DNA of 64,000 bases, from the NCBI GenBank assembly GCA_045159875.1, contig CP067995.1, positions 1,056,001 through 1,120,000 on the forward strand, read 5' to 3'. The stretch's first letter is position 1. Every line of letters starts with the position of its first letter. The notes beneath the pieces were generated by a model. The model searched no databases. It saw nothing but the letters and a program-made list of their open reading frames with translations, and was not told where the DNA came from. This DNA comes from a cyanobacterium endosymbiont of Rhopalodia gibba. Its GTDB lineage: Bacteria > Cyanobacteriota > Cyanobacteriia > Cyanobacteriales > Microcystaceae. The position numbers were made by a program, and so were the translations under genes. This document shows, in pieces, positions 14,087-24,014 of this stretch.

Positions 14087-15799
14087 ATGCTGCGACTAGA
14101 AAACATCAGTAAAATTTACCCAACTGCGGAAGTGCTAAAAAACGTTACTTGGGAAGTCAACGCAGGAGAACGAGTCGGGTTAGTGGGAGCAAATGGGGCG
14201 GGTAAATCTACTCAACTCAAAATCATTATGGGACAAGTAGAACCGACTTCTGGAGAAGTAGTTCGGACAGGAAATCTGAAAATTGGTTATCTAACCCAAG
14301 AATTCGAGGTGGAACCAAGTCGGACTGTTCATGAAGAATTCTGGACTGCATTTGAACAAGCCAATCGAGTCTACCAAGAATTAATCAGAGTTCAACACCA
14401 GATGGAAGTTGCAGATACTGATAAATTAGATGAACTAATTCATAAACTGGATAAATTGCAAAGAGAATTTGAAGCTCTTGATGGTTATTTTCTCGATGCG
14501 GCTATTGCCAAAATATTACCGGAAATGGGCTTTAAGCTTGAAGATGGTGAGCGTTTAGTAAGTTCCTTTAGCTGTGGTTGGCAAATGCGGATGAGTTTAG
14601 GTAAAATTCTCTTACAAGAGCCTGATATTTTACTACTTGATGAACCAACAAACCATCTAGATTTGGAAACCATTGAATGGGTTGAAAAATATCTCAAAGG
14701 ACTCAATCTTCCGATGGTAATTGTTTCCCATGAACGGGAATTTTTAGACCGTTTATGTACAAAAATTGTTGAAACGGAGCGTGGCATTTCTAGTACTTAT
14801 GTTGGGAACTATTCTGATTATCTCCAACAAAAAGCTCTCAGTCGAGAGATTCAAGAGAATACGTATCAACGGCAACAGAAAGAAAGACAGAAACAACAGG
14901 AGTTTGTTGATCGTTTTCGAGCTAGTGCAACTCGTAGTACCCAAGCAAAAAGTCGTGAAAAACAACTTGAAAAAATGGAAGTTGTAGACGCCCCCATTGC
15001 TAATGTCAAAACTCTACAGTTTGAGTTTCCTCCAGCTCCTATGAGTGGTCGTGAGGTCATTATCATTAAAGATTTAGTCCATGGTTATGAAAATAAGATT
15101 CTTTTCTTAGGGGCAAGTTTATTGGTAGAACGAGGTGATCGTATCGCCGTGCTCGGTCCCAATGGAGCTGGAAAATCAACTCTACTCCGCTTAATTACAA
15201 ATCTAGAAAAAGCTGATGAGGGGGAAGTTAATTTAGGAAAATATAACGTTATTCCAGGATATTTTGAGCAGAACCAAGCCGAAGCATTAGATTTAACTAA
15301 AACTGTTATAAATACGATTCATGATGAGGTCCCCGATTGGACTAATACGAAAATTCGTTCTTTGTTAGGTCAATTTCTTTTTAGTGGAGAAACAGTGTTT
15401 AAGAAGGTTGAAGGGTTAAGTGGAGGAGAAAAAGCTAGACTTGCTTTACTTAAAATGTTGCTGAAACCTGCTAATTTATTAATTCTTGATGAACCAACTA
15501 ATCACCTAGATATTCCAGCTAAAGAAATGCTTGAGAAAGCATTATCTAAATATGATGGAACAGTTTTATGTATATCTCATGATCGCTATTTTATTTCTCA
15601 AGTTGCTAATAAAATTGTTGAAATTAAAGAAGGAGAATTAATAGTTTATCCAGGAGATTATCATTTTTATCTAGATAAGAAAGAAGAGGAAAGACAAAAA
15701 TTAGAGAAGGAGAAAATAGAAGACAAAAAAGCAGCTAAAGCAGCAGCAAAACGAGCTAAACAGAAAGAAAAAGTTAAAGAAAAGAAAACTCAGGCATAA
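14087..15799 (+). CDS. ABC-F family ATP-binding protein
   Basis: 570 aa; two ABC domains (GANGAGKST, GPNGAGKST; LLLDEPTNHLD and LILDEPTNHLD), no transmembrane segments. Confidence 0.93.
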   Translation: MLRLENISKIYPTAEVLKNVTWEVNAGERVGLVGANGAGKSTQLKIIMGQVEPTSGEVVRTGNLKIGYLTQEFEVEPSRTVHEEFWTAFEQANRVYQELIRVQHQMEVADTDKLDELIHKLDKLQREFEALDGYFLDAAIAKILPEMGFKLEDGERLVSSFSCGWQMRMSLGKILLQEPDILLLDEPTNHLDLETIEWVEKYLKGLNLPMVIVSHEREFLDRLCTKIVETERGISSTYVGNYSDYLQQKALSREIQENTYQRQQKERQKQQEFVDRFRASATRSTQAKSREKQLEKMEVVDAPIANVKTLQFEFPPAPMSGREVIIIKDLVHGYENKILFLGASLLVERGDRIAVLGPNGAGKSTLLRLITNLEKADEGEVNLGKYNVIPGYFEQNQAEALDLTKTVINTIHDEVPDWTNTKIRSLLGQFLFSGETVFKKVEGLSGGEKARLALLKMLLKPANLLILDEPTNHLDIPAKEMLEKALSKYDGTVLCISHDRYFISQVANKIVEIKEGELIVYPGDYHFYLDKKEEERQKLEKEKIEDKKAAKAAAKRAKQKEKVKEKKTQA

Positions 15800-16419
15800 T
15801 TTTCACTTCATTTTGAAGATTTTCTATTGAGCTTTTCTTTGACCTAACCTCGAGGAACAACAACATTTAATAAGACAGCCTGAGTCAATATAACTTCAAT
15901 CAATAGACATAAGTTTAATAGAAAGTCATGATGAAAAAATAGGGAAGTAGTGGCTCTATGTTAGAGACAGTATTTATTTAGGTGTGGTGCTATAGATATA
16001 AAAACTCGTCTAGATTAAGCTAACTTCAGGAAAAACAGATAACTGTACACTTATTGCTGAGTTAATGTAAGATTTGAACAGCAATTAGTTTGAGACAGAG
16101 GAAGTTTTGCTAAAAAATTTCAAATACTAGCTTATTCAATAGTTATACCATCAAGTCTTCTTGATAGAGAGTGTCAGATTAAACTCGAAAAAAACTTAAC
16201 AAACAATTCCTGCTAAATGATTAACACAAATTGGTTTATAAAGTATAAAAATACTAGTCACTACGCATCAAAAGCAGGGAAAAGCAATTGATGTAACAGC
16301 CCGAGAGGTACAAAATTATTAAATATTTAAATTTTGCGTAATTTCCGATTGTTGCGCACACAAATTTATAACCAATTATAGAAATTTAGATTTTTTATAT
16401 CTAAAAATAACAGACAAAA

Positions 16420-17200
16420 CTTGTCCAGAGGTCTAGTTAGTCTGTTTAACAACTGTACTTCCGTGTATTTAAATCTAGAGTGGAAATATAGGTAAGGAAA
16501 AACAGCTGGTTTCTTAGTGGAGGAATAGAATTAAGGATTTTGGGGGAATCAATAATTATTCTGAGATGCCAGCAACGGCTCATTGCTTTTTTAATCACTT
16601 TTATTGGGATCATATTCAGAAGTTTCTCTCCTTTAGACTAGCCTTTAACACGGATAGTTGTTCTTATGTTTATGTTTTAATATCCTCTAACGGATCTAAG
16701 TAAATGAACTGGAATAAATGTAAAATTGAAAAGTAGTTAGATAAAGGACAATTACTAGATGGCAACCGGCATAAAAACTTAGTTAACAAAACAAGAAAAG
16801 TAAAAACCATTAAAGTTAACTCACAATTAAAAAATTATTTCCATTAAAAATAATAAAAGCAAAAATATTATCTTTAGAGGCAAAAGAATAGAAAATCTCA
16901 GATTGAGTGGTTTTTTAAAAAAGAAAAATTTAAGAGTTACCCGTTGGCGGATTAATTAAAATATGATTTCTGGAAAGAATATGAATTAATCTCTAAAAAT
17001 AAAAAGCATAAAACAGATATGATATGATGATTTCTTGAAATAAGAGATAGCCATCATTACTCTTACGAGTAATGTTACTTTTTTCTGTTTATAGAAAGGT
17101 AAGATATGGGTTAAACCTTACAGCTTATATCTTAAGTTGTTGTAATAATGATAACAACTTTCATTTCTATATTTTGTCCTCATTATCAGTCTAGTAATGT
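16420..17200 (+). pseudogene. Decayed MBL-fold metallo-hydrolase (boundaries approximate)
   Basis: Fragments ...GGIELRILGES.../SEMPATAHCFFNHFYWDHIQKFLSFRLAFNTDSCSYVY (His at 16596) resemble the cyanobacterial MBL motif FFTHxHWDHIQGFPFF; many stops and frameshifts. Confidence 0.65.
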
Positions 17201-17763
17201 CTTTAACCATAGATTTTTAACGAAAAGGGAACAAAGACGTCATTTTTGAAATTAAAATTGACTTTGTCAAACCTTTATCTTGAAATACTCCTATCCAGGT
17301 CACACTGAAAAAGTTAAACAATAAATAGTGGAAATGTTACGCAATAGCAGTAAAACTAGGCACACAGCCCGTGTGCTCGTAAGTAAGTACGAAAACAGTA
17401 ATCAACAAACTAAAAAAAGTAGCATTTATTACAAAAGTAAATCAACCTTCATTGAAACCCATTAATTTTGAAGAATTATAATTACAAATTGAGTTAAGGT
17501 TAGAATGTAAACAGAAGTTAAAAATATTAATAAAGGGTTTAAAACTATATAAAATACGGAGTTATGTAGAAAATAAGAAAAAATTTGAAGAGCTAATATA
17601 TTCTCTATCATAGAAGCTATTATTAGCAGAATAAATGGTGGAAGTATTCCTCTAACTTAAAAAGCCTTTAGAACAGTTTATAATTAAGTCCTATTGTGGT
17701 AAAAAATTAAGAATTTATATAAAAGAATACATAGAAAATAGTAAAGAGAAAACTTAAAAAATA

Positions 17764-17812
17764 GATTAGAAACATACATGTATTAATAATTAATATATGT
17801 ATGTTTCTAATC
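17764..17812. repeat. Near-perfect palindrome (24-bp arms, 1 mismatch, 1-nt centre)
   Basis: gattagaaacatacatgtattaat-a-attaatatatgtatgtttctaatc. Confidence 0.85.
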
Positions 17813-17955
17813 CAAAGGTAAGTACCTCTTGAAGTTAATCGTAATTTTATTTTATTGATAATAGCTTTGTAGTAAAAACCACCTGACACTCCTGTTCATG
17901 CTTTCATTCTTGATAGAATAGTATTTAGATACTAACAGGTTCATAGTAGATTTTT

Positions 17956-18849
17956 ATGCAAACCCGTTTAATTGTTATCTGTGGTGCAACGGCAACAGGC
18001 AAGTCAGGATTAGCTTGTCAATTAGCTCAACGCTTCAATTCCTTTATTATTAGTGCTGACTCGCGTCAAGTTTATCAAGAATTTGATATTGGAACAGCCA
18101 AACCAACTCTGAAGCAACAAGCATTAGTTCCCCATTATCTGATTGATATCTGTGAACCAACACAAACATTAACGTTAGCTCAATATCAAGAACAAGCACA
18201 ATCACTAATTAAGTTAGCTTCTTCTGTATCTCCCCCTTTCTTAGTAGGAGGGACAGGTTTGTACATCAAATCGATTGTACGAGGGTTGAAGATTCCTAGA
18301 GTGGCGCTTCAACCTCAATTAAGATCACAATTTAATATTTTGGGTCAATCACAATGTTATGCAACACTAAAGCAAGTTGATCCTATTGCTGCTAGTAAAA
18401 TTCACCCCAATGACAAAGCAAGAATCATCCGTGCTTTGGAAGTATTTTACGTCACAGGACACCCTATCTCTGAACAACAGGGGGAAAATCCACCTTCTTA
18501 TCCTATCGTACAAATTGGGTTGTATTGTGAGTCAAAATTTTTACAAAAACGAATTAAAGAACGAACTGAAGACATGGTTAGTATGGGGTTAGTTGAAGAA
18601 GTTGAGAAAATTACTCAAAAATACGGTTGGAATTTACCTTTATTAAATACCCTAGGATACTCGGAGATCAAACAATATCTTCAGGGAAATCTGTCTTTGT
18701 CCGAAGCTAAAACAGCAATTGTTTTACACACCTGTCAATTCGCAAAACGTCAGAAAACTTGGTTTCGCGCCTATAGAGAAATTGAATGGTTTGATATAAA
18801 TTCCCCTAGTTTTGTAGAAGAAATTTGGTCTAAGTTAATCTCTTGCTAA
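17956..18849 (+). CDS. miaA: tRNA dimethylallyltransferase
   Basis: GATATGKS, ISADSRQVY, DIGTAKP, VGGTGLY, QFAKRQKTWF. Confidence 0.96.
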   Translation: MQTRLIVICGATATGKSGLACQLAQRFNSFIISADSRQVYQEFDIGTAKPTLKQQALVPHYLIDICEPTQTLTLAQYQEQAQSLIKLASSVSPPFLVGGTGLYIKSIVRGLKIPRVALQPQLRSQFNILGQSQCYATLKQVDPIAASKIHPNDKARIIRALEVFYVTGHPISEQQGENPPSYPIVQIGLYCESKFLQKRIKERTEDMVSMGLVEEVEKITQKYGWNLPLLNTLGYSEIKQYLQGNLSLSEAKTAIVLHTCQFAKRQKTWFRAYREIEWFDINSPSFVEEIWSKLISC

Positions 18850-19878
18850 ATGAGGAAAATAAATAATATATATGTCGTATTTTAGTTAGTTTTTGGAAAT
18901 AAAAATACAATTTTTTAAAAAAAATTAACTAATTTAATTAAGAATTATCTACGTCTTTATAAAAAAAAATTCTATCTAAATCTAAATTATTAAAGAATAT
19001 TAATAGGAAGATAAGTTTCAGGAATAGTCATTAAAAAAGTTAATTAAATAGTTAAAATTATTCTGAAATAATTAGTTCGATTTAATCCCCAATAAGACAA
19101 TCGCAACAAAGAAAATAGTATGGTGATAAATTAAATTTTTTTGAACTCTCAAAGAGAGAAAACTATGACTGCATAGTTAAATATATTTATTTTTGGCTTA
19201 AGACATTTTTTTGCAACAATATATACTTACTTTAAACTTCTCCATTTTTCAAAATAATAGAAAATTTAAAATAGAGAAGAAAATTCACAGTATCCGGAAA
19301 ACCCTATCATATTTAACCGGACAAGAACGCCTTTAATTGGCGGTTAAAATGGCGGACTCTCTATAGAGTTTTTTGTAATCAAACACCAGTAAATTATATT
19401 TTAATTCTGTAATATGCTCATGAAAAATGAATAGTTAGAGTAGAGTTGATTATAAAAAAATTTTTACTATTTTAGTGATAATGATGATTAGAGTTGAAGT
19501 CTTGGTCTTCATAACTTATCTAGTTTTCTTTAATCTCTATCTCAGACTTTCTATCAGTTAAATTTAAGAAAAAAGTAAAATTTTAGCTGTCTTTTACATA
19601 AATTAATTTCGACTTATTGTCCGACACCGACTCTAGCCTGAACTCATACGATATCTTTTTGAGAAAAAATTAAAGCAATGATTTATGCTTTGAATGTAAA
19701 CTTATGTAAAGCAATTGTTAACTGAATCTGGAATATGTCAAAACCTTTATACTAATTGATGCAAGAAAGATAGACTGTTCAGTAGAATCTGACTAGCTGT
19801 TTAAACCAAACCTATCTTCAAAAGAGAGTAAACACTCACTATGAAGACATAAAATGTTTAACGAAGCATTAAAGTGCT

Positions 19879-20841
19879 ATGACAGATTCGGTTCTTCAAT
19901 CCCAAATAAAAGTTACTGGCGACTGCCCTCGAGTCCAGAAATGGATGCGTTCTCTTATCTGGAAGATCGCCATTGCTACTCTACTTTTGATGGCAGTGGG
20001 CAGTGCTACACGAGTAATGAATGCAGGTCTTGCCTGTCCTGACTGGCCATTATGCTATGGTCAATTGGTTCCCAGTCAACAGATGAATCTACAAGTGTTC
20101 TTAGAATGGTTCCATCGTCTCGATGCCTCTCTCATTGGCTTAAGTACTATTGTTCTTGTCGGACTCTCATGGTGGTTTCGCAAAGAACTCCCCAGATGGC
20201 TGCCTTGGGCATCGGTAAGTGCATTGGGGTTAATTGTCTTCCAAGGAGTTTTAGGAGGACTTACAGTGACTCAATTGCTACGGTTTGATATTGTCACAGC
20301 CCATCTTGGAACCGCTCTACTCTTCTTAGGAACTCTTATTGTTATTGCTGTGTGTCTTACCCCCTATCAAGGAACCACCAACGCCAAAAAACTAAGTTGG
20401 GGAGCAACCATCGCCGTTACTTTAGTCTATCTACAGTGTTTATTGGGAGCTTTGGTGGGGTCTCGATGGGCGGTACATCAATGCTTTGGAGGTTCACAAC
20501 TATGTGCCGTGATGAATAGCCATATCATTGGTGTTTTTCCAGCTACTATTGCTACTCTCAGCGTTGTGTTTATCTCTTGGCGTACTTCTGCTCTCCATCC
20601 CTGGTTACGGAAACTTGCTTGGGTTGCTGGAGGCATTGTTACCCTACAAATCTTGTTAGGGGTTGCCACTTTCCGACTACATCTACAAGTAGAACCTTTA
20701 ACTGTGGCTCACCATACCTGTGGTGCTGCCCTCTTTGGTACGTTAGTCGCCTTGACAACGTTAGCCATTCGCGATGTCAGAAGTTCCTCACTTCCCTGCG
20801 GTGCGACTGCACAGAAGTTAGAAGTTAGAAGTCAGAATTAA
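19879..20841 (+). CDS. ctaA: Heme A synthase (COX15/CtaA)
   Basis: GLACPDWPLC, LEWFHRL, several TM helices with conserved His; adjacent to heme O synthase. Confidence 0.92.
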   Translation: MTDSVLQSQIKVTGDCPRVQKWMRSLIWKIAIATLLLMAVGSATRVMNAGLACPDWPLCYGQLVPSQQMNLQVFLEWFHRLDASLIGLSTIVLVGLSWWFRKELPRWLPWASVSALGLIVFQGVLGGLTVTQLLRFDIVTAHLGTALLFLGTLIVIAVCLTPYQGTTNAKKLSWGATIAVTLVYLQCLLGALVGSRWAVHQCFGGSQLCAVMNSHIIGVFPATIATLSVVFISWRTSALHPWLRKLAWVAGGIVTLQILLGVATFRLHLQVEPLTVAHHTCGAALFGTLVALTTLAIRDVRSSSLPCGATAQKLEVRSQN

Positions 20842-20880
20842 AACTTTTGAAACCTAAATCGGTCAAAAGTTTTAATTCTG
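20833..20880. repeat. Inverted repeat overlapping the ctaA stop (18-bp arms, 12-nt loop)
   Basis: cagaattaaaacttttga ... tcaaaagttttaattctg, preceded by agaagtt heptamer repeats. Confidence 0.8.
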
Positions 20881-20950
20881 TTCTCATCAATGCTTCAAGA
20901 ACAATAACTGACAAAAACTCAAGTAAATCAACAGAATTTGGTGTGTATTA

Positions 20951-21922
20951 ATGATTGGGACTGATGTTGCCCCCCGGAATGAAAACTGGCTACAAGTTGT
21001 AAAAAGCTATTATCAGCTAACCAAACCCCGTATTATTCCCCTATTGTTGATCACCACTACCGCCGCAATGTGGATTGCTGGTGGGGGCCGGGTGGATCTA
21101 TTTACCTTATTTATTACCTTATTAGGGGGAACTCTTGCCGCTGCTTCAGCCCAGGTAATGAATTGCATTTATGATCGTGATATTGATTATGAAATGTTAC
21201 GGACTCGGGCCCGCCCTATCCCTTCCGGACGAGTACAGTCACGCCATGCCTTCATTTTTGCTGTCATCCTTGCCATCTTGTCTTTTTCCCTTTTTGCCTT
21301 GTTTATTAACGTTTTTAGTGGTTTATTGGCTATGTCTGGCATTATTTTCTATATGCTGGTATATACCCACTTTCTTAAGCGTAATAGTACCCAAAACATT
21401 GTAATTGGTGGGGCAGCTGGTTCTATCCCCCCTCTGGTGGGTTGGGCGGCAGTGACAGGGGATTTAAGTTGGACCTCTTGGGTTTTATTTGCTATCATTT
21501 TCCTGTGGACTCCTCCTCATTTCTGGGCGTTAGCGTTGATGCTAAAGGAAGATTATGCTCAGGTTAATGTTCCTATGATGCCGGTGGTAGAAGGAGAAGA
21601 GTCTACAGTCCGGAAAATTTGGTGGTATACTTTGCTGGTTATTCCTTGTACTTTCCTCTTGGTTTATCCCCTAGGAGTATCTGGAATGGTTTATGGTGCG
21701 ATTGCAGTGGTTTTAGGGGTTAAATTTATCGAGAAAGCTTGGCAGTTAAAACAAGATCCCTTTAATCAAGAATTAGCGCGATCACTGTTTAAATTTTCCA
21801 TCTTTTACTTAATGCTTCTTTGCACAGGAATGGTTCTTGATAGTCTGGCTGTGACTCATCAATTGATTGCAACTGTCGGAGATAATTTAAAGACGTTGAT
21901 TAATTTAATTTCTTTCGGATAA
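20951..21922 (+). CDS. ctaB: Heme O synthase (protoheme IX farnesyltransferase)
   Basis: LTKPRII, YDRDIDYEMLRTRARPIPSG, NIVIGGAAG, FLWTPPHFWALA. Confidence 0.96.
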   Translation: MIGTDVAPRNENWLQVVKSYYQLTKPRIIPLLLITTTAAMWIAGGGRVDLFTLFITLLGGTLAAASAQVMNCIYDRDIDYEMLRTRARPIPSGRVQSRHAFIFAVILAILSFSLFALFINVFSGLLAMSGIIFYMLVYTHFLKRNSTQNIVIGGAAGSIPPLVGWAAVTGDLSWTSWVLFAIIFLWTPPHFWALALMLKEDYAQVNVPMMPVVEGEESTVRKIWWYTLLVIPCTFLLVYPLGVSGMVYGAIAVVLGVKFIEKAWQLKQDPFNQELARSLFKFSIFYLMLLCTGMVLDSLAVTHQLIATVGDNLKTLINLISFG

Positions 21923-21940
21923 TTTAGGATTCTTCTGTCA

Positions 21941-21973
21941 GAATACCCTACGCTGAGAAGGCATAGGGTATTC
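21941..21973 (+). terminator. Stem-loop after ctaB
   Basis: gaataccctacgc...gcatagggtattc, about 20 nt after the stop; no clear U-tract. Confidence 0.6.
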
Positions 21974-22050
21974 CGAGCAATGACTTATTTTTATTCTAAG
22001 ATCAGTTTCTATGTTAGAAGCATTGTGTATTGAGCTCTAGTGCAATGGAC

Positions 22051-22518
22051 ATGAAATCTCATCTTGAGCTTATCAAAGTGTTTTGTGATATGGACCACTT
22101 CTATCGAAAATTTGAGGAGAATCTTGATTCTGTTCATTTTTGAATGATATATTTAAAGACCATCGAAAATAACTTTAATTAATTCTCTTCATAGACAGAA
22201 AATAAAGCAGAAGTTGGTAGGCTTGTAGTAATACAATTACACTTGATAAAAATTCTTGAGATTGAAACGGTTGACAACTAACCTAAAAATATTTTTCGGA
22301 TTGAACATTATAGAAATTGAAATATCTAGAACTTTTTTATTCAACTTTTGAGTTGGCTGATAGATCGTATCTATTGACTCAGAGAATTACCTCTATGTAA
22401 GCTTAAAAGATGGGCTATCTTTAGCTTATACTCTTTATAAAACAATCAGAACTTTATTGTTGAAGGTTATTATTTTTAGAATAATGACATTGCTTATGCA
22501 TCTTCTCGAATTTACCTT
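22051..22518 (+). mobile_element. Internally deleted, decayed IS982-family transposase relic
   Basis: N-terminal LELIKVFCDMDHFYRKFE (resembles LFCxVDDF) and C-terminal IETVDN*PKNIFRIEHYR (resembles IETVNDQLKNISQIEHSRHRS) only about 150 bp apart; possible degenerate end ctcgaatttacctt at 22505-22518. Confidence 0.6.
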
Positions 22519-22646
22519 AATAAGTAATCTTCATGTTTTTTCAACTAAATTTCGGGATTATTACTATAGCTACCATGAATGATTCACAAGATACTCTAAA
22601 TGTTTCATCATAGCACTCTCCTAAACTTAGATATAGTTTTTACAAC

Positions 22647-22901
22647 TTATAACTTATTGCTATCTGACTGTAAAATTATCTCCATTTCTTTAAATTCAGC
22701 TAGACTTTTTTGTGCAGCTTCTTCATCTAAAATACTGAGAGCAAATCCTACATGAACAATCACATAACTACCAACTTCAACATTAGGAACATAAGCTAAG
22801 CTAACTTCTTTAATGACCCCACCAAAACTTACTTTTCCCTTTTTCATCAAAAGTTCATCACCAATGATACTAACAACTTTTCCTGGAACAGCTAAACACA
22901 T
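22647..22901 (-). CDS. hypC: Hydrogenase maturation chaperone HypC
   Basis: MCLAVPGKV N-terminus, YVIVHVGFAL. Confidence 0.96.
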   Translation of the reverse strand: MCLAVPGKVVSIIGDELLMKKGKVSFGGVIKEVSLAYVPNVEVGSYVIVHVGFALSILDEEAAQKSLAEFKEMEIILQSDSNKL

Positions 22902-23128
22902 CTTTTATTGTCCTCCACAAAGAACTACTCACTAACAATCTTTAGGATAAAACTGCTCGGACTCTAAGCTATCAAAACCTCAAAAATTTTTTACAAAGTA
23001 AATCTTTATTTTTTAGAGAAAAAACTGTTGGCGAGTACAGTGTGCTAACTGTTTGCAACCGAGTTATCAATTTTTCTCTTATCTTAATAAGGAAGAATCA
23101 TAAATAAAAAATATAGATAAAGATCAAA

Positions 23129-23242
23129 TTAGACTTTGTTTTCAACTTAAATAAATAAAAGTCTCATTGCTAAAAAGGTAAGTACAGCAGATATAAGAAA
23201 TAGGACTACGGGCAAATAAGTAGCTGCGTAGGAACATGTAAT
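23129..23242 (-). pseudogene. psaI: Photosystem I subunit VIII pseudogene
   Basis: Translation ITCSYAATYLPVVLFLISAVLTFLAMRLLFI*VENKV* resembles PsaI (MTGSYAASFLPW...MGLLFIYIE); start lost, internal stop; divergent from the psaL relic. Confidence 0.8.
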
Positions 23243-23464
23243 TCACATGTTGTTTTCTTTTACAAATCGATGAGTCTGACACTATGACTGTCTGGTAATA
23301 GATAGAATTGTAACATCAAAAATGTTACTGGGGACTTTGGCTCAATGAGGCAATTGTAAAGATTTTTCAAAAATTTAAAGTAAGAAAAGTTAAAAAGAGC
23401 TGTACAGTGAATATACTTAAGGGAAGTTTAACAACTTAGATTGAAGTGAAGTATTGATATAAGA

Positions 23465-23933
23465 ATAGACGTAGTTGAGCGTGCTGGAGATACTCAAGTT
23501 GGCAACCTTGCCACTCCTCTTAAGAATTAAGAGGTCTCCGTTACGTTCATCAGAAACCTACCTGCCTATCGCTAAGGATTAATTTCTAACTGTCGCGGGT
23601 TAGAAATTAGCATGTCCTAAGGTTCATTTTCTCTATAGCCATTTTGCTTTGCTAGGTCCTTTGCGGAACACTGAGATAGCTAGTAGAGCAAGGTTATCAA
23701 CTATTGTAAATATAGTAATTTTGACGATTTCTTTATCTATGTATGCTTTTGTGGAGGTTACTCAACCGGCTTAAACCCTAACTATTCCAAAAGTTTCTGA
23801 AAAACTCGGTATCTAAAAAGGTTTGATAGAATTTGCTAGTATTTTTTTTATTAACAGTTGTGGAGGTGTATTTTTTGCTTATTTTCTTTGCTAAAATCTT
23901 TAGATTAACCTTGTACAAGCAATATTAGGTTAA
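23465..23933 (+). pseudogene. psaL: Photosystem I subunit XI pseudogene
   Basis: IDVVERAGDTQVGNLATP...FIRNLPAYR*GL...RGLEISM, frameshift, FALLGPLRNTE...ILTISLSMY...EFASIFFINSCGGVFFAYFL: PsaL motifs interrupted by several stops. Confidence 0.93.
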
Positions 23934-24014
23934 GTCAATTATTGCTACACAATAAGAAAATAACAATTCCTCGTTAGTTATTACTAAAAAAATGTTAACC
24001 AACACCTAATTTTA

